Shown here piece after piece: positions 10,307-20,862 of a stretch of 64,000 nt of DNA. The DNA comes from an uncultured bacterium (lineage in GTDB: Bacteria > Patescibacteriota > Doudnabacteria > UBA920), in NCBI GenBank assembly GCA_963749445.1, contig CAVVMJ010000004.1, forward strand, positions 16,483 to 80,482, written 5' to 3'. A program made the position numbers and the translations under genes. Position 1 is the first letter of the stretch. Each line of letters opens with the position of its first letter. The notes under the pieces were generated by a model. That model was given only the letters and a program-made list of their open reading frames with translations. It was not told where the DNA came from and did not search any database.

Positions 10307-10405
10307 TTAATGGGTATCTTCGTGCCAATATAACCTGCGATCTTAACCAAGCGCTACCTGATAATTATCAGTTAGCGATTGTGGAACCACGAAGATGCCC
10401 ATTAA
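10307..10405. repeat. 99-bp element (copy 3, opposite orientation to copy 2)
   Basis: Ends GTGGAACCACGAAGATGCCCATTAA. Confidence 0.85.
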
Positions 10406-10414
10406 CGATATATC

Positions 10415-10849
10415 TTAATTTCCAAATTTCCTAATTTCTTTTTGTGCTTCCCTCTTTTTGATATATTCCCGCCTGTCGGTTTTTTTGCGCGCACGGCCGA
10501 TGCCGATTTTGATTTTTACCAGGCCGCGGCTGCCTTGGAAAATCTCCAGGGGGATTATCACCAGCCCCTTTTCTTTGCCGATGAGTTGGTTGATTTCGTG
10601 TTTGTTCAAAAGCAGTTTGCGGCTGTGGGTTGGATCATATTGTTCATTGGCGGCATATTTATACGGCCCAATGTGGCAGTTGATCAGGCTCGCACCGGTA
10701 GAGGAAACAGTCACGTAACTGCCGGCTAAAGACACGTTGCCGCTTTTTATGGACTTGACTTCCGGGCCAGACAAAACCATACCGGCATGGTAAGCATCTT
10801 TAATGTCGTAATCAAACCTCGCCCGTTTGTTGTCGGCAAAAATTTTCAT
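10415..10849 (-). CDS. smpB: SsrA-binding protein
   Basis: NKRARFDY, AGMVLSGPEVKS, RKLLLNKHEI, DRREYIKKRE. Confidence 0.96.
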   Translation of the reverse strand: MKIFADNKRARFDYDIKDAYHAGMVLSGPEVKSIKSGNVSLAGSYVTVSSTGASLINCHIGPYKYAANEQYDPTHSRKLLLNKHEINQLIGKEKGLVIIPLEIFQGSRGLVKIKIGIGRARKKTDRREYIKKREAQKEIRKFGN

Positions 10850-10937
10850 GCTTATATTGTAGCATTTTTTGAAATTTATGCCATAATTAAAATAGTAGAT
10901 GAAACATTGGGGTTTATGCTATAATAAAGTCATCTTT

Positions 10938-12749
10938 ATGCCGAGTGAAACATCAAAACTTTACCCCGGTCATTTGCTGGCAACCGCACTTTCTGAGCTG
11001 AAAATGACCTCGCAACTTAGCGGCGAGCCTGAGATTTCAGTGCCGGATGCCAAGTTTGGCGATTACGCCACTAACGTAGCCTTGATTTTGGGCAAAAAGC
11101 TCAAATTGCCGCCGGTTGAGGTGGCCAATAAAATCGCGGACAGGCTAAAACAACTGGACACGGAGCGGGTATTTGCCGATATCAGCGTGGCCGGGGGGTT
11201 CATTAACCTTAATTTGTCGCGGGAATATTTGCTAAAAAACCTTTCGCGGATACTGGAGCAAAAGGACAACTTTGGCTCGCCCTGGAACAATGAAGACAAG
11301 ACCGTCATCGTGGAATATTTCCAGAATAACGTGGCCAAGCCCCCGCACGTCGGGCATTTGCGCAGCGCCGTGGTGGGCGACAGCCTGCTGCGGTTGTTCC
11401 GGTTTTTGGGATACCGGGCGGTATCGGATACCCATATCGGCGACTGGGGCACGCAGTTTGGCATTTTGATTTTGGCGTATAAGACTTTCGGCAAAAAATC
11501 CGTTGTGGAAAAAAATCCCATTGACGAGCTGAATAAGCTTTACGTGGAAATGTCGGCGAAAATAGAAGCGGATCCGGCTTTAAAGGAATCGGCAAAAGCT
11601 GAATTTAAAAAATTGGAAGACAGCGACGCGGAAAACCGCAAGCTTTGGCAATGGTTTGTTATGGAATCCGTGGCGGATTTTGAACGGTACCGGAAGCTGT
11701 TGGGGCTGCTGAGGTTTGACCATAACCTGGGCGAAAGTTTTTACGAAGACAAAATGCCGAGCATTTTATCGGAGCTGCAATCAAAGGGTTTAGTAACCAA
11801 AGGCGAGACTGGGGAATTATATGTTGATCTAGAAAAATATAAATTAGGACGATGCCTTTTGGCGAAGTCCGACGGCGCCACGACTTATCACCTTCGGGAT
11901 TTTGCCACTTATATTTACCGGAAGAAGGAATTTAATTTTTATAAAAATATTTATGTCGTAGACAACCGCCAGTCCCACCATTTTAGGCAGTTGTTCAAGG
12001 TTTTGGAATTGGCCGGGTACCCGGCGGGAAAAGACAGCTTCCACGTGGAGTTGGGATTTATGAGCCTGCCCGAAGGGCCGATTTCCACGCGCAAAGGAAA
12101 TATTATCAGCCTGCAAAATTTAGTTGATGAAGCGGAAAAGCGCGCTCTGGCCATAATTGAAGAAAAAAACCCCGGGCTTAAGAAAAAGAAGGCGGTGGCC
12201 GGCCAGGTCGCGCGCGCCGCCATAAAATATTTTGACCTTTCCCACAATCGCAAAACCGAATTCGTGTTCACTTGGGACAAAGCCTTGTCGTTTGAGGGGA
12301 ACACGGGGCCGTATTTGCAATATACGCACGCACGAATTTTTGGCATTTTAAGGAAGTCGTCTACCACCCCGTCCCGCCAAGGCGGGACACCCCTCCTGTC
12401 CCAGGAGGGGAATACTGCAGCTCCGCGGAGCTCTCCTCCTAAAATAGGAGGAGTACCCGCCGCAGGCGGGGGAGGTGGTATAAATCCGCACGAAATAGCT
12501 GTCCTCCGCAAACTCAACCAATTCCCCGAAGTCCTGGAACAGGTGGCCGTAGATTATATGCCGAATTTGTTATGCAATTATTTGTTTGAACTCGCACAGT
12601 CGTTTAATTCATTTTATCAGGAAATTCCGGTCTTGCAGGAAGAAGACGGCCAATTAAAATCATTCCGACTGCAACTGATTACCGCCACCGCGCAAGTCAT
12701 TAAAAATGGCCTGAATTTATTGGGTATAGAAGCCCCTGAAGAAATGTGA
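10938..12749 (+). CDS. argS: Arginine--tRNA ligase with ~39-aa palindrome-encoded insertion
   Basis: PHVGH (HIGH), GDWGTQFG, ISTRKG, GNTGPYLQYTHAR, C-terminal GIEAPEEM. Confidence 0.96.
   Translation: MPSETSKLYPGHLLATALSELKMTSQLSGEPEISVPDAKFGDYATNVALILGKKLKLPPVEVANKIADRLKQLDTERVFADISVAGGFINLNLSREYLLKNLSRILEQKDNFGSPWNNEDKTVIVEYFQNNVAKPPHVGHLRSAVVGDSLLRLFRFLGYRAVSDTHIGDWGTQFGILILAYKTFGKKSVVEKNPIDELNKLYVEMSAKIEADPALKESAKAEFKKLEDSDAENRKLWQWFVMESVADFERYRKLLGLLRFDHNLGESFYEDKMPSILSELQSKGLVTKGETGELYVDLEKYKLGRCLLAKSDGATTYHLRDFATYIYRKKEFNFYKNIYVVDNRQSHHFRQLFKVLELAGYPAGKDSFHVELGFMSLPEGPISTRKGNIISLQNLVDEAEKRALAIIEEKNPGLKKKKAVAGQVARAAIKYFDLSHNRKTEFVFTWDKALSFEGNTGPYLQYTHARIFGILRKSSTTPSRQGGTPLLSQEGNTAAPRSSPPKIGGVPAAGGGGGINPHEIAVLRKLNQFPEVLEQVAVDYMPNLLCNYLFELAQSFNSFYQEIPVLQEEDGQLKSFRLQLITATAQVIKNGLNLLGIEAPEEM
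12362..12480. repeat. TACCACC-ended palindromic element inside argS
   Basis: Ends TACCACCCC / GGAGGTGGTA with four internal hairpins. Confidence 0.85.
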
Positions 12750-12750
12750 A

Positions 12751-12926
12751 CCGCTGATTGGTCGCTGACCCATTCGGCAAAGCTCAGGGTCACCCCGAGC
12801 GAAGTCGAGGGGTGATAGGGACGCTGATCAATCGCTGAAGTGCGGAGCTTCCCCTCCTTGCTGAGGAGGGGTGGACGCCGTAGGCGGACGGGGTGGTTGG
12901 AGTGTAGTGTGCCGATTCATCGGCTT
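12751..12926. repeat. Composite repeat: CGCTGA array + GCTCAGGG element + half TACCACC element + GTAG REP
   Basis: 12751-12839 is nearly identical to 39157-39245. Confidence 0.75.
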
Positions 12927-12940
12927 ATTGATGAGAAAAT

Positions 12941-13373
12941 ATGAACGAAACGGACAAAAAATTTATTTACGATTTTATCCATCAGCAAAAGATAGCGGTT
13001 TTGGCCACGGTGAATAAATCCGTCCAGCCGGAAGCGGCGGTCATGGAATTCGGGGAAACCGAAAGTTTGGAAATAATCTTTAATACTTTAGTCGAGCCGC
13101 ATTATCGCAAATACAAAAATCTGCAGAAAAATCAGGCCGTAGCATTGGTTATCGGCTGGGAAGATAATATTACCGTCCAATATGAAGGTCTGTGCCATGG
13201 AGCTTAAAGGCGAGGAACGCGACAAGTACAAAAAGATTTTTTTCCAAAAGAATTTCGAAGCGGCAAAGTGGGACAAAAACCCGGAAATCAGGTATTTTTT
13301 AATCACCCCCAAATGGGTGCGCTACTCCGACTACGACGGCAAGCCTTACAAGATTATTGAATTAAAGTTTTAA
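12941..13373 (+). CDS. Pyridoxamine 5'-phosphate oxidase-like (FMN-binding split barrel) protein, frameshifted
   Basis: AVLATV..PEAA, RKYKNLQKN..VALVI, VQYEG; ORFs 12941..13207 and 13182..13373. Confidence 0.75.
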
Positions 13374-13398
13374 AGTCTGGGTAACAAATCAAGGTTAT

Positions 13399-14565
13399 AT
13401 GAGACATTCTAGAGAGCGGTCGGAGGAATCAAGGAATGAATACTCTGCTGCAGATTTGTTAAACTTGTTGGAGTTTAAAAAGCCTTTATTATTTCACCCT
13501 AATTGGATTTTGAATAATGTGCCTAATTTGTATTTTCATTTTAGGCGGAATAAAAAGTACCGTTCTTCCGAAGGACAGATTGATTGGGGTAAAATAATAG
13601 CTACATTGCCGCCTGAATGGCAGAAAAGATGGACAATTTTGCAACCAGAGGGCAGAGAAGAAGTTGACGTTGTCATTAATAGTCTTGTAGGCGCGTTAGA
13701 GCGCTTGCGGCCTGCAACTTTTGGGCCAAGCTGGATCGAGTATAACAACAATTCTACATACGAGTATTTTAAGAGACATTTCAGAAATGAAGACGCTAGT
13801 GTAAATTGGCAGATTCTTTTAAACTTTTTGCCTCCTCAGTGGAGAGAAAAGTGGTCATATGTCAAACCAAAAGAAAAAAGTAAGGTGAAATCGGCTGAGT
13901 TACCTGAAATTATTGCTGCTGCGTCACGAGAGAAGGGGCAAGATATAAGCCCGAAAGAACAAGATGTTATTGATAAAATAGTAGCCACTGCTCCTGAGGA
14001 ATTTAATCAACGTGGTTTGACTATTTGGTGTAATCAGCAAGTCAACAAAGTTTTATTAGAGCACCCGGACATAGCTGAAAGAGCAAAAATTATCGTTGCC
14101 GAAGTTCGAAATGAGGTTTTGTTTCGAATTAACAAAAAACGATTTGAAGAATTAAAGCAACAACTTAAGCCTTTTCTGCAGCCATCCGCTAAACTTAGCC
14201 CTCGATTTTTTGACGACAATTTTAATGCTTCCAGCCAATTTTTACAACGGCATTTCAGGAAAGCTGACGGTTCCATAGATTGGGATTTTATTGTTAAAAA
14301 GTTAGGAATAGAAGAGTACTTTCAAATGAAGGAGTTATGGGACGAGAATTCAGCATTCGAAGAATTAAGAGAACTACTGGAACGAGAAAATCCTGAAAAT
14401 TTTAACCCAAAATGGATTGAGGAGCATAACTTAAGACTTTATACTTATTTTAGAACCAATAGAAGTTTTAGAAATTTCAAAGGGGCGGTGGATTGGGATG
14501 GGATAATGAATAAAATACCAAGCAGTTGGAAAAAGAGATTTAGCCTTTTAGTTTGGAATAGATAA
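13399..14565 (+). CDS. Hypothetical AT-rich protein with four internal Trp-rich repeats
   Basis: 388-aa ORF; repeated FxPxWI..Y.YF.R..G.IDW..I...LP..W..RW. Confidence 0.75.
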   Translation: MRHSRERSEESRNEYSAADLLNLLEFKKPLLFHPNWILNNVPNLYFHFRRNKKYRSSEGQIDWGKIIATLPPEWQKRWTILQPEGREEVDVVINSLVGALERLRPATFGPSWIEYNNNSTYEYFKRHFRNEDASVNWQILLNFLPPQWREKWSYVKPKEKSKVKSAELPEIIAAASREKGQDISPKEQDVIDKIVATAPEEFNQRGLTIWCNQQVNKVLLEHPDIAERAKIIVAEVRNEVLFRINKKRFEELKQQLKPFLQPSAKLSPRFFDDNFNASSQFLQRHFRKADGSIDWDFIVKKLGIEEYFQMKELWDENSAFEELRELLERENPENFNPKWIEEHNLRLYTYFRTNRSFRNFKGAVDWDGIMNKIPSSWKKRFSLLVWNR

Positions 14566-14581
14566 ATATTAACTTTTTATT

Positions 14582-17500
14582 ATGCCAGAGGAAAAATCAC
14601 AACAATCACCACAATCTAATGCTCCCGATTTCAACAAACTGGAGCAGGAGATTTTAAAGTTTTGGGAAGAAAATAACATCTTCCAAAAATCCCTGGACCA
14701 GAGTTTGGGCAAGCCGCCTTACATTTTTTACGACGGCCCGCCGTTTGCAACCGGCTTGCCGCATTACGGCAGTATTTTGCCGTCTGTCATCAAAGACGCG
14801 ATCCCGCGCTACCAAACCATGAAGGGCCGTTTTGTGCGTAGGCGCTGGGGCTGGGATTGCCACGGCTTGCCCATTGAAAATATCGTTGAGCAAAATTTAA
14901 AAATCTCCGGCAAAAAACAAATTGAAGAAATCGGGCGTGGAGAATTTTAACAAAGTTTGCCGCGAAAACGTGCTGGGTTTTGCCGCCGAGTGGGGTAAAA
15001 TGGTCAAACGGATCGGCCGCTGGGTGGAGTTTGAAAATTCTTATAAGACCATGGACACGTCTTATATGGAATCCGTGTGGTGGGCCTTAAAGCAGATTTG
15101 GGACAAGAAATTGATTTATGAGGACAGGAAAATTTTGCTTTACTGCTCGCGTTGCGAAACGCCGATATCCAATTTTGAAGTGGCCATGGACAACTGCTAC
15201 CGCGACGTTACCGAAGAATCGGTTTACGCCAAGTTCAAGTTGCTGCCGCGGCAGAGGATCATTAACGACCTGACCAATGACAAAACTTATATGCTGGCCT
15301 GGACCACCACGCCGTGGACTTTGCCGGGCAACACTTCGCTGAACGTCGGCCCGGATATTAAGTATGTGTTGGTGGAGCAGAAACGGCGAGCGTTACATTT
15401 TAGCCAAAGACCGGCTGGATGTTTTGGACGGGGAGTACGAATTAGTTTCAGAATTTCCGGCCCGGTCCTTGGACGGTTTAGAGTATGAACCGCTGTATCC
15501 GGCCATTATTCCCTAAACGCACATAACGGCTTAAAGGTGCCGGATTTAGTTGGCGACCCGGCCCGCGCCCACGCGTGTATCTGGCGGATTTTGTGACCAC
15601 GAAAGACGGCACCGGCATTGTGCACAACGCGGCCATGTACGGCGAGGAAGATTACGAGCTGGCCAAGGAAAAAAATTTGCCGCGGCTGGATATGCTGGAC
15701 CATAAAGGCCAGTATTTGGAACGGACGCGTGCCCAAGCATTTGCAAGGCGTATTCTTTAAGGATGCCGAGCCGGTTGTACTTAAAGATTTAAAGACGCGC
15801 AACCTAGTTTACAAAATTTTAAATTACACCCACAGCTACCCGCACTGCTACCGCTGCGGCACGCCGCTGTTTTATAACGCCCTGCCCGCGTGGTTCATCA
15901 ACATCCAAAAAATCAAACCCCGCTTGCGGCAGCTCAACGCGCAACAAATGCAGTGGTACCCCGAATATTTAAAGGCCGGCCGGTTTGACAAAAGCGTGGA
16001 GAGTGCGCCGGACTGGAATATTTCCCGCAACCGCTATTGGGCCACGGCTTTGCCGTTTTGGAAGTGCCAGAATAAGGAATGCAAACACGTTGCCTGTATT
16101 GGATCAATATCAGAATTGATTGAACGGTCAATAAATTTTAAAGAAGTATACCCAGATTTTACTCCAACCACCCCGTCGGCTGACGCCGCCGCCCCTCCTC
16201 AGCAAGGAGGGCAAGCTTCCGACTACGCCAAGGCTTCGTCGGACGAGCCGCGGCTTCCCGCCGTAGCTTTAGCAAGGCGGGAGCCTCTCCTCCAAATCTT
16301 CGGAGGAGTACCCCGCGATAGCGGGGGAGGTGTATGAATCACTCGATCTTCATCGGCCTTACATTGATCAGGTAATCCTAAAATGCCCGCAAGTGCGGGG
16401 GGCAAATGATGCGCGTGCCCGAAGTCGTGGACTGCTGGGTGGAAAGCGGCTCTATGCCGTTCGCGGAACTGCACTATCCGTTTGAAAACACAGATTTATT
16501 TCAGCAGCGCTTCCCCGCGGATTTCGTGTCCGAGTACATCGGTCAGGTCAGGGCCTGGTATTATGTGATGTTAGTGATGTCCGCGGTTTTGTTCGACAAA
16601 GCACCGTTTAAAAATTTAATGACTACGGGTAACATTTTGGCCGAAGACGGCAGCAAGATGTCCAAGTCCAAGCAAAATTATCCCGACCCGAATTTATTGA
16701 TTGAAAGGTACGGCGCCGACGCGCTTGCGGTTTTATCTTTTGACCTGCCCGGTGGTGGGCGGCGACGACATCAACTTTTCCGAAAAGAGCGTGCAGGAAA
16801 TCAGCCGCAAGGTTAACATGTTAGTTTATAACGTGTGGTCGTTTTATCGGATGTACCAACCGCGGAATGACGCGGAATTTAACGCGGAAAAACGCGGAGA
16901 CGAATCCCAACATATTCTAGACAAATGGATTGTTTCCGGAACTTGCGCATTGGCAGGGAGAGGTCACAAAATATCTGGACGCTTACGATACCGTGCGGGC
17001 CGGCAAAATAATTACTGGTTTTATAAATGACTTGTCAACCTGGTACGTGCGCCGCAGCCGCGAGCGTATTAAGGAAAATTCCGAGGATTCCAAAAAAGCC
17101 CTGCAAACATTGGGCTTTGTATTGGTTGAATTGTCCAAAATGCTTGCGCCGTTTATGCCGTTTTTGGCGGATTTTATCTATAAAGATTTAACCGGGCAGG
17201 AATCGGTGCATTTATCCGAATGGCCAAAGCCGCGTTTGGAGCTGCACGATGAAAAGCTGGAAAGCGTGATGTCAACGGCGCGCCAGATCGTGGAGCAGGG
17301 TTTGTCCCTGCGCAGGGAAAACAGCCTCAAAGTTAGGCAGCCCTTGGCTGAACTGGAATATTTTATTAAGGAGAAAAACCATTTGCTCAGCGCGGAGCTT
17401 GAACAGGTTTTGGCCGATGAACTGAACGTCAAACTGGTGAGCGGCCGGTCGGATTTTGTGCCTAAAGCGGGCTGGGCGTACAGGGAAACGCCGACTTTTA

Positions 17501-17794
17501 AGCTTGCGCTGAATTTGGAATTATCCGAGGAGCTCAAAAAGGAAGGCGCTGGCTCGTGAATTGGAGCGCCTGGTGCAGGATTTGCGCAAAAAAAGCGGCC
17601 TCAAAGTCGGGGAACTGGTTGATGTTTATTACAACACGACTGATGGCGGGGTGGAGGAAGCGCTGCTGAATCTGTTTGACCGCAAAAAAACTTTTGTCAA
17701 CCAAGTGCAAAAAAGTTTGGAAGTGGAAGTGGATTTTGAAATTCAGGGACAGGTAGAAGGCAAGACGGTGTGGGTGGGGATGAATAAAATTTAG
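14582..17794 (+). CDS. ileS: Isoleucine--tRNA ligase (type 2), split by several frameshifts
   Basis: [49 protein letters not shown] across consecutive ORFs. Confidence 0.93.
16163..16333. repeat. CCAACCACC palindromic element with nested AAGGCTTCG/AGCTTTAGC elements inside ileS
   Basis: Same arms as argS and recG inserts. Confidence 0.8.
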
Positions 17795-17795
17795 C

Positions 17796-17872
17796 TCCTA
17801 CGAACGTACGAACTATGTCGAACTACGAACTTTCCGTAGTTCGTAGTTCGTGCCGTTCGTAAGTTCGTAGGA
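17796..17872. repeat. Inverted tandem-repeat palindrome (TACGAAC units)
   Basis: (TACGAAC)n followed by (GTTCGTA)n between ileS and recO. Confidence 0.85.
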
Positions 17873-17877
17873 TATTT

Positions 17878-18603
17878 ATGCCGCGAGAAAATACATACTT
17901 ATCGATAATCCTCAAAAAGCAGGCCTTTAAAGAAGCGGATGAGTTGATTACGGTTTATACCAAGGAAACGGGCAAGCTGCGCGTTTTGGCCAAGTCGGTG
18001 AAATTTTCCAAAAGCAAGCTGCAGCATGGGCTGCAGGTTTTATTTTTAGTTAAAATCAGCTTGGTCGGTTCTAAACTACCCAGAGTTATAGGTACCCAAG
18101 TCGTGGCTAGCTTTCCCAACATCCGTGAAAATTTGCGCGCGGCCAAAATGGCTTTTTACGCTTTGGAGCTGGCGTTAAAATTTACGGCGGATGAGCATAA
18201 AAACGAAAAACTGTTTGGATTACTGGAAGAGTTTTTAAATTTTTTGGATGCCCACGCCCAGGACTCGCGGCTTTTGGAGTGCGGTTTGGCTAAATTTAAA
18301 ATTGAATTTTTGGATGCCGTGGGGTTTAGGATTTCGGCCGACCGGCCAAAAGATTTTAGCGGCGACATCGGTTTTTCCAACAGCCGGGGAGGGTTTGTGT
18401 TTGGCGGACGGGCGGATGATTATCAAAATTTAACAATTCCGGCATATGAGCAATTTCATGCTCTGCGCGCCGCGGATTTTGAGGGGCTTGCGGCTTTTGG
18501 CCGGCCTATGGGGAATTTGGGCGAACTTCAGGGAATTTTATCCGATTTTTTGCAGTATCATCTGGAACGCGACATTAAATCCGAGCGGTTTTTGGGGCAG
18601 TAA
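17878..18603 (+). CDS. recO: DNA repair protein RecO
   Basis: EADELITVYTKETGKLRVLAKSVK..SKL N-terminal OB fold; C-terminal YHLERDIKS. Confidence 0.88.
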   Translation: MPRENTYLSIILKKQAFKEADELITVYTKETGKLRVLAKSVKFSKSKLQHGLQVLFLVKISLVGSKLPRVIGTQVVASFPNIRENLRAAKMAFYALELALKFTADEHKNEKLFGLLEEFLNFLDAHAQDSRLLECGLAKFKIEFLDAVGFRISADRPKDFSGDIGFSNSRGGFVFGGRADDYQNLTIPAYEQFHALRAADFEGLAAFGRPMGNLGELQGILSDFLQYHLERDIKSERFLGQ

Positions 18604-18656
18604 AAAAAGTGGTATAATATAGTTGCTTTTAGTTTGCATCCGGACGATAAACAAGA

Positions 18657-18756
18657 TTGATGGGCATCTTCGAGATTGTATTTAAGTTAGCGATAATTTT
18701 TTATGTCGGTTAATAAATATCAATTAATTTTGTAATTGCACGAAGATGCCCATCAA
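18657..18756. repeat. ~99-bp TTGATGGGCATCTTC element (copy 4, divergent interior)
   Basis: Perfect TIR, AT-rich interior. Confidence 0.8.
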
Positions 18757-18778
18757 CTCCGTGTAAAATTCTATAATT

Positions 18779-20623
18779 ATGGACCAACAACCATCCGCCA
18801 ACAATCAAATCCCCAAAACCAGCGAAGCGCCTTTTGTGCAGAAAACTTTGGGTCAGGGCCAGATGCCCGCTGCACCGCAGGCACTTTCAGTTGCTTCGCG
18901 GTCAGGCGGTCTGGGGGGATTTTACCGCGAAAACCGCTGGTACATTTGGGCGATTGTCGTCGGGGTGGTTATTATCGGCGTGCTGTCGTATTTCGCCTTC
19001 CGTAAAACTCCGGCCCTAGCCCCCAAAGATGCCAACGTTAGTATTTCCGTGGATGTGCCCCAAACCGCGCCGGCCGGCGGCCAGGCGATTTATAAAATCA
19101 AAGTGGAAAACGACGACCCCCAGCCATTGATCGGTTTGTCGCTGGAACTCACGTATGCCGACGGCGTAACATTTGTCAGCAGCAGTCCCAATCCGCAAAA
19201 TTTGTCCGGCACGCTGTTTACGGTTCCCGATTTGACGTCCGGGCAAAACGCGGTGGTTATAGTTAAAACCCAGGTGGCCGGCAACGTCAACGATACCAAA
19301 AATCTTTTAATTAAGCTGCATTACAAATACAGCAATTTTAATTCAGAATTCATCAAGCAACAAACGGTAACTATCCGCCTGACCGCTTCGGACGTCACGC
19401 TGGACGTTAACGGGCCAGCCACCACCAATAACGCGCAAATCGCGGTTTATACCGTGAGGTACCAGAACAATTCGCAAAACGCGATTTCCGGCGCGCGCGT
19501 GCAGTTAAACTTTCCGGACGGGTTTTCTTTTGCCACGGCCCAGCCGCCGCCGGACTCCAACAACAACATTTGGAATGTGGACAGCTTGGCCCCCGGGGCA
19601 TCGGGCACTATTTCCATTCAGGGCTCCTTTGCTTCGGCCAATCCGGGTGAAGGCAAAACCGTGTCCGCTGACTTTTTAATCTTGGGGCAAGACGGTCAGT
19701 ACTTTACCCAAAACAGCGGCAGTTTTACCACCACTTTGGCGAGTTTGCCGCTGCTGCGTGAGCCAGGAAATAGCCAACTTAAACGGCAACGATGTGGTTA
19801 ACCCCGGTGATACCCTGAGGTTTAACATCAAATACCAGAATAATTCCAGCGTGGTGGCCAATGGCGTGAATATTCTTTTGACTTTAAATTCCAAAGCCGT
19901 GGATTTCGGCACGGCCCAAGCCGAAGGCGGCCAGGTAAGCAACAATACTATTTTGTGGAACGCTTCCTCCGTGTCCAACTTGGCCAGTTTGAACCCCAGC
20001 GATTCCGGTCAGTTGAATTTTTCCGTCAGGTTGAAAAATCCGGCCACGCGCGATTCATCCAAAAATTTAACCGTGGTCAGCGACATTAAAATTAAATCAA
20101 ACGAGTACGATGCTTATTTTCCGGGCAATGAGCTGACGTTAAAGATTGCCGGGCCGGTGAGTTTGACCTCGGCTTTAAATTACCAAAGCGGCCAGATGCC
20201 GCCCAGGTCGGCAAGCCGACGCTTTATACCGCAATTTTTACTTTAACCAATACTACCGACGATTTTACCGGCGGCACTTTAATGGCGTTTATTCCTCTGG
20301 GCGCCGGCGGTTTTGTGGCCGGCAGCGTCAATTCCGCGGAAGCCGGCCGGGCGCAGTTTGACCCCTCCACCAACAAACTTACCTGGCAGGTCGGGCCGCT
20401 TCCGGCGCACAGCGGCCAGTTTAGCGCGGCAAGGACGCTGCAGTTCGGCATCAGATCGCTTCCTTCGGCCTCGCAGGCCGGAACCAACCCCAGCTTAATT
20501 ACCAACATCCGATTCAGCGCCACCGACACTTTTACCAACCAAACCGTCAGCGCTTCGGCTGACGACCTGACCACTTACAGCGCCTCGGGGCAAGCCGGCC
20601 AAAACGGCACGGTGCAGAATTAA
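18779..20623 (+). CDS. Membrane-anchored Ig-like/DUF11 repeat surface protein (two frameshifts)
   Basis: N-terminal TM and repeated Y.V.Y.N..V...PDGFSF..A.P motifs; ORFs 18779..19801, 19758..20246, 20282..20623. Confidence 0.7.
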
Positions 20624-20862
20624 GTATGTATAATGTATAATGAATAAGGATGAAACCCGGCATATTGTTATCAAGGATTGAAAATAGTTATCTGAACAGA
20701 TCGTCAAAACAGATCGTCAAATTTAAAACCTCGGGCTGGCCGAGGTTTTGTTTTTAGAATAGCTGATGACTTTCCGGGGAAAGTCATCAACCTCTCCTGC
20801 CCTTCGGATGCACTCGGGCACCCTCCCCATATCTTGGGGAGGGGGATAATGTTGCTGCGCGC

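Noticed and set aside
14582-17794. Frameshifts in ileS, alr, clpC, virB4, ECF sigma and others as pseudogenisation or programmed frameshifting
   Set aside because: They hit essential genes, are scattered single-base indels and show no accompanying decay; long-read assembly error is the simpler explanation.
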